DNA of 64,000 nt from Lytechinus pictus (lineage: Eukaryota). Positions 10,678 to 24,717 of this stretch are shown here, one piece after another. Under the pieces are notes generated by a model, which did not search any database, was not told the DNA's origin, and saw only the letters and a program-made list of their open reading frames with translations. Numbering within the stretch: position 1 is the stretch's first letter; each line of letters starts with the position of its first letter. The DNA is taken from positions 9,798,001 through 9,862,000 of the forward strand of contig NC_087263.1 in NCBI RefSeq assembly GCF_037042905.1. Reading direction: 5' to 3'. The position numbers and the translations under genes were made by a program.

Positions 10678-12700
10678 TGTCTCTAATATTAGTTTATGTT
10701 ATCATGATTGTCATTGTATATATTGTAGAAAAGATTATGTACACAGAAACGAAATTTATAATTCCTTTCTTTAATATCAGTGTCGCGTACTATTGTTTAC
10801 TTATTATCATCAATGAAAAAATATTTTTTCTCTCTCGCTCTTTATCTTGTAAGTGGTACACGGGGCGTATCATACTTTCTACAATAATTCTTATTGAATG
10901 TATAACCATTGATTTCACTTGCATGTTTTACTCGGTCATTTGTTGGTACTTTTACAAGGAAAGGTGAATGTAATATCTACAGATATGTCTACAGATAATA
11001 GTTTGCAAATAAAGTGAGGTGATGGTCTAATATTACTTGAGTGGTGCATATGTTCTTATTTGAATGAGAGAATCATATATATACATTATATTTATATGTT
11101 ACAGTGAACTAGTGAACCCCACCACAAAATGCACTCCTGCATGCTGAATGCAGACATCAACACTACAATATTTGGCGAGCCCAGAGAAACAAACGTTATT
11201 ACATGGAATATTTATATTACCTGACTTCACAATTAAATATCTAAAACATAACAAAATTGGAACATTTTCATACTTGTTGATTTTGAGGCAGGGCTCAACA
11301 ATATACCGTGTGAGTAAAAACACAACTTCACACCTCACAAATCCCCAGTTTAATAAAAAGTATGTCATGAACGAATAAACATTTTTGTGTCTGGAAAGAG
11401 TATCTTCTCCCAAATAATTTGATACCATATACATGTGGTACTTCTTCACGTTTGGATAATCAGTAGGTATTCTTTGCAGTGATGTAAATTCTTATTTGCG
11501 CCAAAGTAAGGCATGACTGCAATGATTGAACCCCAGATGCCAATGATGTCATAATCTTACATGAGTTCGTAAACATAATTGCACATACCTTTTCAATAAA
11601 ATTTAACTCAAGAATAATTGATACTAAAAGGTGTTTATTAAACAACTCTAATGCAAATTACAGAAAAAGATAATTTGAAATGGATCTTAATGCAACCCTT
11701 GTAGGATTATGACATCATTGACATTTTGATTTTGAAACTCCTAGAAAAGCATTTCAAAAATTGGCCTAGAAAATTGAATTCATTTTAAAAAGCGGTGAGT
11801 TCGTTTGATTTTTTTTCAAAAGGGTGTTCACTACACTTTTAGCAATTGTGATAAAACGTATGTCTTCTAATTGACTTTTTAACATTGCAGTGTTTACAAA
11901 TGTAAAAAAAAAATCAAATAATAACCAACCATGTGAATATAATTTCAAATTTGGCAAAAAAAAAGAATCTATGGGTCTCCTTTTTTTAATTCTTAAATTT
12001 TCATTTTATTGATCTAACCCCCTTTTTAGAATTAAAATATTGAGACTCATGGGAATGTTATGTCTACTGTAATAATTTTTTATTTATAAATGTCGGAACT
12101 CGATGTCAGATTGTCAGAAGTGATTCCATACAAGCAATAAGAAACGCACACGCTCACCCTTATACACACACACACACACACGCACACACACACCCTCACA
12201 TGCACGCAAGCAAAGAAGGGGTTAGATCCACTATATTTCCAGTTGGTGTTTATCAGTATGGGGAGGGACAGTGCAGAATTTGAGACCTCGTGATAGTTGG
12301 ATAGAATTATAATTGTGGTTGCTGGTGGATTAGCTGTACATGTATATGGTATTGGGGGGGGGAGGGGGTGGAAGTGGGAGTGGTCATTGGTGCGTTTTTC
12401 TCTCGTCTGCAGTGCAAACACAGACTCATATTTGACACTTTAACCAATTATACCATTCTAAAGACAAGACTAGACTTGATAGCCACAGTATATAGTGAAT
12501 CCAGTCTCCCTATTTCAGAATCTGTATTATGCACTTGTTAACGAATTGCGAAATCCAAGGGTCTGTTCATGCAGACTACGTTTTCTAGTTGAAGTCGTTG
12601 TGTTATATGATGTAGGGTTTAGTTAATTGGGTGCTGGTGGTGTCGCAGTGTTACATGATATTTGTGTGTTGATATCTCGATGGAGTTCATTTGTCTTTAA

Positions 12701-13276
12701 AGGGGAATCCAACCGAAATAAAAACATGTTTTAGAGGAAAAATAAAATTCAGACAAGTTGATAGGTGAAAGTTTGAAAAATATCGGACGAATAATAAGAA
12801 AGAAAGAAAAATGTATTGGTAATCATTATACCTATGGAGACTTCAAATTGGCCACATAGTGACGTCATAATGATGTAAGGGAAGGACTACTCTCCCATGT
12901 ACTCCAATACATAACATGGCTAAAATGTCATTTTTCAAGTTTTACTTCAAATTATATTTTCTTTCATGAGGACATAAAACAATATACTACCTGGGTTATA
13001 TATAGATGACAGCCAAAGGGGAAAGGAAACTTAGGAGAAAAACCACAAACCCCTGATAATTAAGTATATGGCCTATGGGAAAGTTGTCCTTGCCCATTGT
13101 CTTATTTTGCTTACCCAGTTGCCAATTTAAAATCTTCATAGTTTTAGGCATCTCAATATTTTAAAGCAGCCGTAACTTTCTTATTGCTTGTCTGATTTGT
13201 TTCAAGCTTTCACCATTCTGTTTTATTTTTTTATCCTTTCCAACAAAACACTTTATGACAAAGTCTGGATTCCTCT
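12701..13276. mobile_element. Non-autonomous DNA transposon with TTAA TSD (Kolobok-like)
   Basis: TTAA|AGGGGAATCCA ... TGGATTCCTCT|TTAA. Confidence 0.7.
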
Positions 13277-15799
13277 TTAATGCGTGTAAAGTGTGCTTAT
13301 ACGTCTCCAAGGTTTCGCCTGTGTGGTGCAGATGATGTCATATTTTATAGTGTGATTTTCGTAAAGTTCTCTTTTCACTGATTCAATTTTGGGTTCAAGT
13401 GACTCTATTCTTTGTTGATCACTGCTTATGGCGATGTTTCGTAGTTGGCGAGGTGCCTCTAAAAGTGTGCAATGCTATTGCCCAGTGTTAGGGCCAAGAA
13501 AACATTTCTTTTGTGCAACGAGAGTCCTTCAGGTACATTATTCGTATTCTATTCTTTAGGGGTACTTCTTATGGAGCTGATATATTTGAATAATTTGCCA
13601 TTATTAGTCCTTTCAATCCTAGATGTGAGTCGAAGTTGGAGGTGACGACATCGTCGGAAGAGGGCGTTGTTAATAGGCTCGTCATGTTCGTTTCCAGTCT
13701 GTTTCGATGGCAGGTATCAAGACTGGTGTAGTGAGCCAAAACTTTATGGGGGGGGGGGCAGATATGGCGTATCAACAGAATTAAAAAGAAAGTTGCGAGC
13801 GAGGGAAGAAAGTGAGCAAAATTGCATTTTTTTCATTAAAAATCTAATTTTGTGATAGATTTTTACAAAATATTCAGAAAATAATCACTATTCTCTCTCT
13901 TTCCTTCCTTTTCCATTTCTCCTTTTTCTTGGTCGTGTATTAAAATCATTGTTGTTAGCATGATTATTTTCATTGTTACTATCATCATTTTATTATTACT
14001 GTTATGATTATTATTATCGTATTATTTTTGTCGGGGGCAAGCGCCCCCAAAGCCCCCCTCCCCACCCTGTACGTCACTGGGTACTGGGTAAGGAAACGGG
14101 AAAGCAGTCTGTACTACCACGGATCCACAAAAGCGAGTTAAGAAACATGCTCTTCAGGACATGAAAATGAAAGGGGGCCCTCAACGTACCGTGTGCAGTG
14201 ACTCGTTGTTTGATGAAATCGACACGTGAAAGAAATGATAATGAGATAGGGGTAGCTCTTCCAGGTAATGTTTCTTTTTATTCCGGCAAGCTTTCCGCCA
14301 TATTTATGGCCTTCATCAGGCCTATAAAACAAAGTGATAACTTCTGTAATGTATTTATTTTGACCATCATTATCATTATGAGCAACAGGATCTATATCAA
14401 TCATCAAAGTCATGGTTATCAGTTATCAGTATAATTTATAATAAATTTCAAATAACGATTTCACTTATATCAGATAGCTCCCCCCGAAATTTTATAAGCA
14501 TTTAAGAAGGGGAAGGTACTGGCTGCTAGGAATGTTTCGTCGCCAAAGGGGGATTTAGGAGTTCGGATTTCAGAGCCATTAATAATATAGAGTTCCTTCG
14601 TTTTAATGGGTCCATGGTTCGGGCAACCCGGTTTCAATAGGTTACCAACATAGTTCAATTTCTTTTGAATTGGGCTTGCCTAACAGAAACCGGGTTGGCC
14701 GTACCCTCACTATTCATAGATTTTTGGCTCTGTACCAAGTCCATGGGGGTTATCTGTGAGGAGGCATTATAAAAATACAATATAAAATACTAACAATATT
14801 AATCTCATTATCACCATCGTCACCCATCGGTCATCACTATCATGACCATCGTCATCATTAAAATCTTAATAATCGGGAGTATGAACATCATATTATGATC
14901 AATTTTATTATTATCTTCATTATTATGTCAATGAGCAAATCATTATAATCATAATCGTAATCGGCGTCATCATTAAAACCTTGGGTTTCACTTATCAATT
15001 TAGTCTATAATTACTTTTTAATAGTGATTTGCGTTGTAGCAAGGAATACAAGAAACAATGGCCTATTCATATTTGTAAAACTTATTTAGAACAACCTTAG
15101 CATTCAACTTGGGGAATTTTACTAGGAGGGTTTCGTCGCCAGGGGGCGGTGTAGGAGTTAGAATTACATAGTCCGTGGGAGGTAATCTATCATGGGGAGG
15201 CAGTGATATAATAATACTGTATAGAAATGAAGACTAACAATACTTCGTCGATCATTACTAACATGTTATGATCAACATCATTATAATCCTCGCGATATGT
15301 ATGGGCGGGTATCGGTTATCAATCTAATGTACAATTACTTAATTTGTGTAGAACCGTCGCGTCGCAGTCACTTTGTAATTATTAGGGCATTTTAGCAACC
15401 ACTTCGCAGACGCTTTTTCTAACGCAGAAAATCTTTTTTTTTTTCAAAAACCATTGATAACAAGGCAGCCTTTGTCGGAAATCGGTGAATTAAAACAGCA
15501 GTGTCATCCTGGACTCGGGATAAAAGATATATTGCGATTTTTTGTTCTGTTTGAATCGTAAGACGATGTACCTGTCCCGGTCTACCAACTTTCGACAATG
15601 ACAATCACGAAAATTATTTTCAATGTTCTATTAATCATTATTATTATAATAGACCGGTTCTGGTTTTGTAGCTTGGTCGGGGAAGGGAAACCTTGTTACG
15701 GCACATTTTGGTAATTTACCAAAATACCAAAATGAGCAATTTACCAATATGTGCCATGTCTTGAGTAAGTCTTCTATTCTGCCGTGAGGTTCAATGTCA

Positions 15800-17340
15800 T
15801 TTCGATCAATAGTCATTTCGTCCAATAGCCAGTTAGTCTAAGAGCCACTTCGTCCAAAAAGAACTTCGTCGGAGAGCCACTTCCTCCAAAGCCACCTTGT
15901 CAAAGAGCAATTGTGTACAATAGCTACTTCGTCTCAACTCAATGTCACTTCGTTTAATAGACACTTCATCCAATAGCCATTTCGTCTAACATCATTGCAA
16001 TTTGGTCCAATTGCCATTTCGGTCCAATACTCACTTGGTCCAATTGCCATTTTGGTCAAACACCCACTTGGTCCAATCGACAATTGTTCCAATACCCACT
16101 TGGTCGAATTCCCACTACTGGCGACAGGCACGTGAATGGGTCCCTCCATGAGAAAGGGTCAAATAAAAACAAACACAACACATTATAGGATATAAACACA
16201 TTATAGGATGAAAAACTATAATTTAGACACAGAATAGCGATTCAGTAGTCTGGTAGTGTGATTTTGATCACCGTCTCTGCGAAGCATTTACCTTAAACGC
16301 AGTTTTCCCAAATTTTTAAGTGCTTAAAAGCACTCTTGGTGGTGCAATTTAGTTTCCTCATGAACATAAAGTTATGTGAAATTTGTCCATTAAGTAATAT
16401 GAAACAAAATATCATGCTTTTGCGAATAATACACTTCGAGGCATAACTCAATTTTTAATTGATTCAAGGTACTTAATTTTCTTTAACCTAATTTTTAAGA
16501 ACAAGTACAAAACAAAACAAAAATACGTGTATATCTTTAATTTCTCCCCCTCCCTTTCCCCCTTTATTTTCATTTATTTCTTGTTATCTAGTGAATGCAT
16601 TCATGGACTTTCCATTATTTGTTTCACCCCATTTGATTTTGTAACCATGGTAACTAGGGGTGTATTTTATGACTTTGATATTGAAATTACGACCGATGAA
16701 ATTCGGCAGAGTAATATTAATTAAATATTCAATATTTTTTAGGAGTTGTGTTTTTTGAGGTCTAGTTTTTTTCGGGGGGGGGGGGGGAGGGGGGGGGGGG
16801 TGATCGAGGCCTTTTAAAAAGTATTTGTGTCTTGTTCTCTATCACCTGCCTTTTCTCCCCCGCTCTTGCACAAGGCGTGAGTTGATTTTGACAAGGAATA
16901 AATAGTATTCATGTGTTTGCAATCCATGGAATTGTAACCTTTTTGTTCTTGCTTGGTGTTTTTTTTTTGTTGTTGTTGTTGCTTTTGAAACAAATGGCAA
17001 GCGAGAAACAATTTAATGAAAACAAACTTTCAATTTTGAAGTCTGAAGAGAAAACTAATGCATATCTGACATTGGAAACGTCAATAGTTTTCGCAAAAAG
17101 GTTGAATGTTTGCAAGGGTGTAACTGGCAAATGGACGAAGTGGAAATCGAATAAAGTGATATAGGACCAAACTGCGTCAGACGACAAGGTCATTTGGCGT
17201 AGTTAACATTAACCGACCAAGTGAGTATTAGACCAGTTAGATATCTTAGACCATTTGCTGCTGGTCAGAAAAAAAAAATCGTAAACCAAATGGGTTTAGC
17301 CGATGTGGAGTTAGAAATTAGAGACCAACTGATAAGATCT
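15800..17340. repeat. Degenerate ~16-bp subrepeat arrays in opposite orientations (old foldback-like element)
   Basis: TTGGTCCAAT-type units at 15800-16110 and GACCAA-type units at 17120-17340. A 25-bp GTTACGGCACATTTTGGTAATTTAC motif recurs at ~15696 and ~17413. Confidence 0.45.
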
Positions 17341-17470
17341 CCTCTTGGTATTGAGGAATGACCCTAAAAGTTACCAAAATATGTCGTTTCTGTCATGCAC
17401 ATTTTGGCAACTGTTACGGCACATTTTGGTAATTTACTAAATTGTGCCACAACGGGTTACTATAAAACAA

Positions 17471-17822
17471 ATTATTATAATTATTATTATTTTGTTTGGC
17501 GTCACCCTTGCCTGGGAGGCGAAAAGCGAACTGAATCACTATGACCCGCAGGTCTCTCCTCCCGATATAACTGATATGGGGGGGGGGGGGGAGTGTAGGT
17601 TGACCACTATACCGGGCTCTCCCCCTACTCTTATACAAATAGTGCAGTGGGTACTTAACGTGCAAAGGTGGTGGCTCTCCTCTACAAGGGGCCTCCATTT
17701 AACGTCCTATCCGAGGAACGGAGTGTTTTCCATTGTAACATAGCCTGCATCTATGAAACATGGGAGAGCACGCAACGCACTGGCTTCAGTCATCCGCCCG
17801 GGGTGGACTCGAACCCACAATC
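17471..17822 (-). mobile_element. tRNA-derived SINE with a Meta-domain-like core
   Basis: Minus-strand B-box GGTTCGAGTCC (17805-17815), core CCTCGGATAGGACGTTAAATGGAGG...GCACTATTTGTATAAGAGTAGGGG, and an (AAT)n tail. Confidence 0.65.
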
Positions 17823-17972
17823 TTTGCCATCTTTGGTTCTACGGGCATATAAAGGGATATAAAGTACAAAAATATGACTCCGTATTCATATTTTGATATA
17901 TTTACAAATTACTTAGAAAAGGACATAAAAATACGTGTATGAGATTCACAGACTACAAAAGTAAAACGGCAG

Positions 17973-18000
<28 letters not shown>

Positions 18001-18004
<4 letters not shown>

Positions 18005-19398
18005 GCAATGGAGATACACACCTGAAAGTTGACCCTGAGTCAACCGACTTGAAGTCAATTTACTCAGAGTCATGTTTAGGGGGGCGTTTCATCAACATTT
18101 TTGTCCGACAAGTTGTCAAATCTGACAACTTTTCTGGATTTTGATTGGCTGAGAAGCACTGTTACTATGGTAACTGTCGGATAAAATGGGACTTGTCGGA
18201 TAAAACGTCTGACAAGTCCTTTCATGAAACGCTCCCCAGGACTTAGAATTTTTTCGAGCTCAGAGAGTGTACTGCGGGCGGCAACGGAGTGCTTTATCAC
18301 GATTGCAGTTTCTTTCACTTGATTTTTCTAACATGTTGTCTGTTTTCTTGATAACTATTCAACTGGTTTGAGTTATTGCTTGGTTATTCATCTCTATTTG
18401 CGTTTCCTGTATTAATTATAATGCCTTAATAACAAAATAATGAGTCTAGATTTGTCATTTTAATGTTCCACGCCGAGCGATCAATGTGGGGTTGTGGTCG
18501 CTTATTAGAACAGCCACTATACGTACGTGCATATACCTACTGCGTACTCTGCGGAGCGAGAGCCGATTTTGAGTAATTGTGTAGTCTTATTTCAGGAATA
18601 AATAAATAAGTAAAATAATAATTATAACAATGCTCTAAGATTGTTTGGTTTTGTTTTTGTTGTTCAAACTGTGGTGTGATATTATGGTTCGACGCTTATT
18701 TTCCAAGATTCGTCAATTTTGACATCCAATAAAGTGTACTGACAGTGGCGTAGGCCTACTTCTGGTAGGGTTTGTGTCTTTGTGGGGCGCGCTGCTGTTC
18801 CCCCAACCCCCCCCCCCCCACACACACATACTCAATGATGGCACACACACAGATGTATACACAAACACATACACACCCAGACACAAACACATACACACAG
18901 ACAGACACACAGGCACATATGCACACACACAAGCTTTAAGTTTACGTTTTGGAGAAAATATGGGGTAACTGCAGCCCTGGAAACCCTACTAATCTAGGCC
19001 TCAGTACACTTAATTGGATGTAATCCAAATTGAATTGAATGAACAAATATTTTGGTCATTAATCTTGGAACCATATTATTCAACTACAAAAAAAAAATCA
19101 AAATTTTACTCTTTTTTTTCTTAGTTATTTATTCGTTCCTGGAATAAGACTACACTATTTCACAAAATCAGCTCTCGCTCCGCAGAACACACAGCAGGTC
19201 TATGAATGTACGTAGTGGCTGTTCTAATAAGCGATCACACCCCAACTGTGTTTCCCATCGTGAAAGCACTCCATTGCCGCCCGTAGTACACTCTCCGAGC
19301 TCAAAAAAATGTCTAAGTTCTGAACATGATCCTGAGTCAATTGACTTCAAGTCGGTTGACTCAGGGTCGACTTTCAGGTGACTGTGTATCTCCATTGC

Positions 19399-19402
<4 letters not shown>
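18001..19402. mobile_element. Long-TIR non-autonomous DNA element inside a (TA)n microsatellite
   Basis: Termini TGCAGCAATGGAGATACACA... / ...TGTGTATCTCCATTGCTGCA. The inverted match continues in blocks (18240-18303 vs 19255-19320; 18488-18600 vs 19130-19243). (TA)n on both sides. Confidence 0.85.
18080..18236. mobile_element. PIF/Harbinger-like MITE nested in the left TIR of the 18001-19402 element
   Basis: TIR GGGGGCGTTTCATCAA / TTCATGAAACGCTCCC with a 3-bp TSD TAG/CAG. The opposite arm shows the empty site (CATGTTCAGAACTTAG on the minus strand). Confidence 0.75.
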
Positions 19403-19433
<31 letters not shown>

Positions 19434-19436
<3 letters not shown>

Positions 19437-20317
19437 CTCCTCAAAAAAAAGTTTGGAAATCTGACTTTGATCGAAAATCCCTCCTTGGTTTTAGTAAATA
19501 TAAATGTGTAATTAATTTTAATGAATAAAGCATTTAATTCTCTTTAAAGTGATACCCTACTGGATATGACTGTGATTCACATGGAGGTGCAGTGCCTTGA
19601 AATAAAGGGGCAAGGTCAAAATTCAACAGTTGCAAAATGACACAATATTGAAAGTCACTGTTTTTCTTTCAGTGGTGATGAGTGAGTTTCTCAGCGTTTT
19701 TTTTTTATGTTTCATGCACCTTAACATCACCATTAACATGGAATCAAACACAACTCTGCACAAGCAAAAACATAACAAAGAAAGAAACAAACATGCACGG
19801 GTATTTCAAACCACGACTCAAACCATGTTATCTCACAGAACCATCACTACAGAAGCAGGGGCTTGCCTTGATTTGAATGGATTTTCATCTCTATTGACAC
19901 AGACAAAGAATCATGTTCTGTATTGACCCAGCATAATGACTATTTCTGCTCGTTTTGCAGCTTTTCAATTCAGACCTCATCCAACACTTTTGAATCCTGC
20001 TCTTTTCCTGATGGCATGATCATAACAAGCATGGTATAATTTTAAAGAAAATTAAATGATCTTTTGAATAATATCAAATATGCATTGTATCAAATTGGGA
20101 GTTAGGAGAAATTAATGGTCAAACTCAGATTTCCAAACCTTTTTTGCTCGTTTTGCAGCTTTTCAATTCAGACATCATCCAACACTTTTGAATCATGTTC
20201 TTTTTGTGATGACATGATCATAGCAAGCATGGTATAATTTTAAAGAGAATTAAATGATCTTTTGAATATTAATGTAATGGCCAAACACAGATTTCCAAAA
20301 AAAATTCGAGGGGTATA
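19434..20317. mobile_element. Tc1/mariner-like MITE with a ~200-bp internal duplication; second copy inverted at 36883-38061
   Basis: Ends ACTCCTCAAAAAAAAGTTTGGAAATCTG / CAGATTTCCAAAAAAAATTCGAGGGGT with TA flanks. 19947-20144 is repeated at 20145-20300. Confidence 0.7.
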
Positions 20318-20432
20318 CGTATATATATATATATACAGTGCGTCCCAGAAAAACTATACACTTTTGAAATGAAAGAAAGAAGAAAGAAGACTACAAAGAA
20401 ACTTACTTTATTATTATTATCATCATTATATG

Positions 20433-23010
20433 GTGGAAAGATCCGCAAAAATTAGACGGCCAGGAAATAAAGGTGGATAATTTTCTTTAGTAATGTTTTT
20501 ATGATTGCATGTATAGTATGGAAAACCCCTGATGCTTTGATGAATCATGTGTCGATATTGGTAAAAGGATTCCAGGGATTCTTTTCAAAATAAGGTTAAA
20601 GCTGCGATGAAAAGCAACTATAGTTACGAGTCACATGACTGCACTCGAAGTTATTTTTTCCCCCTAGGATAAGAAAGCCGGTCCAGAGTAAGTAAATCAA
20701 CTGACGCTTAAAGTGGTTAGATCCCATCATAGACAATCAATCTTGGCTAATAGGATTCGAAAATTGTGGAGTGTCTTTTCCTTTTCCAAATCATGTTCAA
20801 AGTTATATTTGAGCAGGTGAGTGAAAATATCATAAGGTTAGGCATAAAGATATGGGCAGATTAGCATGCGCCCTATTATATCAAAACAAAATTGCAAAAT
20901 AAGATTCATTCAACCTCCATTTTCGTCATAAACTCTTTCTAAATAAGGACAATTCAATTTACAATATTTTGGTCATGACAATTTTTTGACACGATCAACA
21001 CACCAAGGTAACATGTATACCGTCTATATATACATGCACATTAAGGAACACTGTCCTACTCTCACACTCAAGCGCTCACACAAAAAAAAAACACACACAC
21101 GCACTTACCACCCACACACACCCATGCACATGATTGTTTACAGAAATATACCACACACTATATATCACACATAATACAGAAACACACAAGTACACCGCAC
21201 CAACCCACATGTCATATGTATACGGTAATTTGTGTGTGTACTAGTTGTAATTTGGGAACTTGGGTCATTTAGGGAACCAAAGTTATTTCCTATAATGCAA
21301 TTCTCATATACTAGTTTACTTTACTGTATCTTTCCTCTCCTGGAATAATAAATTGGATCTAGCCGTTTGTGAGTGTGTATGTGTGTGTTGTGGGTGTGTG
21401 TGTGTGTAAGAGGGTGTGTGGGAGGGTGTGTGGGTGAGTGTTGGGGTGATGGTGCGTGCATGCCCGTGTGTGTAGCTCGAAGTTGTAGTGGAATTACACA
21501 TTATCATGCTCTGCTGTAATTTAACAGTCATCTTTTGAACCAATCGATGGAAAGATCTGCAAAAATAAGGCACGCAGGAAATAAAGATGAATTCGGTAGT
21601 AACGTTTCTATAATTGCATATGGTATGAAAAAAACCCCGATGCTTTGATGATTCATCTGTCAATATAATTGTTAAAAGGAATCCATGGATCCTTTTCAAA
21701 ATAAAGTCAATGCTGTGATGAAAAGGCAACTGTCAAACGAGTCACATAACTGCACGTAGTTATTTTCTTTCACCCTAGGATAAGAAAGCCGGTCCAGAGT
21801 AAGTAAATCAACTGACGCTTAAAGTTGTTAGATCCCATCATAGACAATCAATCTTGGCTAATAGGATAGTGTCTTTTCGTTTTCCAAATCATGTTCAAAG
21901 TTATATTTGAGCAGGTGAGTGAACATATCATAAGGTTGGGCATAAAGATGAATTGAGGGCAGATTAGCATGCGTCCTATTATATCAAAACAAAATTGCAA
22001 TATGAGATTCATTCAACCTCCATTTTCGTCATACACTCTTTCCTGAACTCATTACCACAGGACAATTCAATTGACGGTATATTATTGGTCATGCCGTTTT
22101 TAAAACATTAACACACCAAGGTAACATTCACACAAACACACATCAAACACCCTTCCTCGTAACATGCATTTATACCGTCTATATACACATGTACATTAAT
22201 GAACACTGTCCTACTCTCACACTCATGCGCTCACACAAAAAACGGTTACACTTCGTAATTCCGAAGGTTCGTAATTACGAAGGTTCTTTATTCCGAAGGT
22301 TCGTAATTCCGAAACACCTAAATTGCCTATACCTCGATGTTCGTTAATCCGAAAACGTAAAAGGGTTCGTTAATCCGAACATTTGAGGCGTTATTCCGAT
22401 GGTTCGAAAATCCGAAAACGAAATAAGGTTCGATGTTCCGAAGGTTCGTTAATCCGAAAACGAAATAAGGTTCGTTGTTCCGAAGGTTCGTTAATCCGAA
22501 AACGAAATAAGGTTCGTTGTTCCGAAGGTTCGTTAGTCCGAAAACGAAATTAGGTTAGTTAATCGTTTAGTTTTCGGACTAACGAACCTTCGGAATTACG
22601 AACCTCATTTCTTTTTCGGATTAACGAACCTTCGGAATTACGAACCTCACTTCGTTTTCAGACTAACGAACCTTCGGAAATACGAACCTTCGGAATAACG
22701 AACCTTCGGAATATCCGAACCTTCGGAATAACGAAGCTTCGGAATAACGAATGTATGCGACAAAAAACACACACACACATACTATCACACATGATTGTAT
22801 ACAGAAGTATACCACACATCCACACGCAATCACACATAATACAGAAACACACGTGTACACTCGCAACAACCCACATGTACGGTAATTTTTGTGTGTACTA
22901 TACTAGTTGTAAGTTGGGAACTTAATTGTCATTCGTGGAACCAAATGTTACTCCCTTTTATGCGATCCTCATACTGTACTTATTTCCCCACTTTCCCTCT
23001 CCTGAAATCA
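20433..23010 (+). repeat. Diverged tandem duplication (20433-21350 vs 21547-23010)
   Basis: Long shared blocks such as CCCTAGGATAAGAAAGCCGGTCCAGAGTAAGTAAATCAACTGACGCTTAAAG. The second copy carries a MITE insertion. Confidence 0.85.
22243..22759. mobile_element. Foldback-like MITE (same family as 9514-9970) with an exact 8-bp TSD
   Basis: TSD ACAAAAAA at 22235-22242 and 22760-22767. The paralogous empty site is at ~21078-21095. Confidence 0.88.
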
Positions 23011-23189
23011 ACTGGTTTCAACTGGTTTCAGCATGCAGTGGAATCTTCTGTCGGTGCGACCATGGACCTACTCAGAGTAGTAGGTCCATGGTGCGACAGA
23101 TGAGTAGGCAGAAACTTGCCTTACCATAAATGCAATGTATAATATGAACATCGTGAGATTATTAACGCATGTAGCTTACATAGCTTTTA

Positions 23190-23755
23190 AGGGGATACTC
23201 CAGGCTGAAAATAATTATATCTAAATAAATAGGGTAAAATTCACAAAGTAAAATACTGAAAATTACCTCAAAATCTAATATCAAATAAGGAAGTTATTTA
23301 ATCGTAATCTTTAGCAATATTTTGTGAAAAACAGCTGTATGCACTTTGTCAGGAATATTCCCTTTCTTATAACTATTACATGAAATCATAATTATCACGT
23401 ATTTGTTTATGCATTTGTGTATGATATGCCTCTCTTGTAATAAATTAAGTTGCAACAATGTGTATCTAATGCATTCAATCATTTGTCAGTTCATTTAATT
23501 CTTGAAGGGAAAATTTGAATAAATATAATTTCATATAAAGAAAAACAAAATAACAATTGGGGATGTGACATCATCAATTTATGTGTTGAATATTCGTGAA
23601 GACATGCGTAGAACTGTTTAACCGAAATAATACAAATCTTTAAAATGTTATAACGTTGTTATTCCTTATCCTATTTGATCAAATTTTCATTTTTGTGTGT
23701 GTCTGATTTTCCTTTATCTGTTCAAATCATATTATTTTCAACTTGGAGCACCCCT
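23190..23755. mobile_element. Non-autonomous DNA transposon at a TTAA site (Kolobok-like)
   Basis: AGGGGATACTCCAGGCTGAAAATAAT ... ATTATTTTCAACTTGGAGCACCCCT followed by TTAA; TTAA also overlaps the left end. Confidence 0.65.
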
Positions 23756-24717
23756 TTAAATTCGTGTCGAAACGATTAAGGGACCAGAAAATTGTATTTT
23801 TTTTCTATTTATTTCACTTTGACTTTTTTTTAGTTCTATATCATTATGCAATGAAAGCAGCCTTTTTATATACATAAGAATCTTGGGGTGAAATCGAAAA
23901 TGATAATAATTATGATCTTAATAGTGGAAAAGTGACAACCCATAAGATAGAATTGAAACATAAAGGTGCATATTAATCTAATTTTTATATGGCTGGTTTC
24001 CAATTTGTTTATTCACCTAAAAGGAACAGATTAATAGTGATTCGACTTTTAAAATGTCTGAGCTGCAAGGTTCCATTTGTCACCTGAGTCTGTAAAAGTT
24101 ATAAAAATAAAGCTCAGAAAAAAAATCAAAACAGTGAAATAGAAAGTGACTGGAATTGACATGTGTTAGTAATCTACCCATCAGAAGATTTAGTAAATGA
24201 GGATTTTAAGTCACAGATATCTTGAAAGTGTCTCCACGAATTTGATTTGTTTTTTTTTCCATAATTCAGTATTTTTTTAACGAAAACATCTGTGATGTTC
24301 GCCACAAGCAATGCGAGTGAGTGCCGCCAGATATGAAGCCAGACAGGCCTATTCAATTATATTCTTCCTCGCTTTCTTTTCTTTATATCTTTTTCCTTCT
24401 CCCCCTCTTTTTTAAATACCCGCCCTCGCCCCTCCCCCGATACGCCTTAATTTGTGCATGAACACATTCAGTCGGTTATAAAGTTCTCAATTGCCATCTC
24501 ACGTATACATTTCGACTTCATTTTGAATTCCTTGAGGATTAAAAAAGTGACATTTTTGGTTCTGTTCATCGATATTAGTCTTATCAGATTTACAATGATT
24601 TTTTTTTATGATTTAATTTTTCTTTGGTCAAGCTATTCCAGGTAACCCGAAATGTACATTGTTATCTGGTCATAAACATGCCATGTGTTTTTTTTTACCC
24701 ATGTTCTTACCCTCCAG

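Noticed and set aside
13722..14080. hAT-like MITE ending TACGTCACTG
   Set aside because: The left end is too degenerate and no TSD was confirmed.
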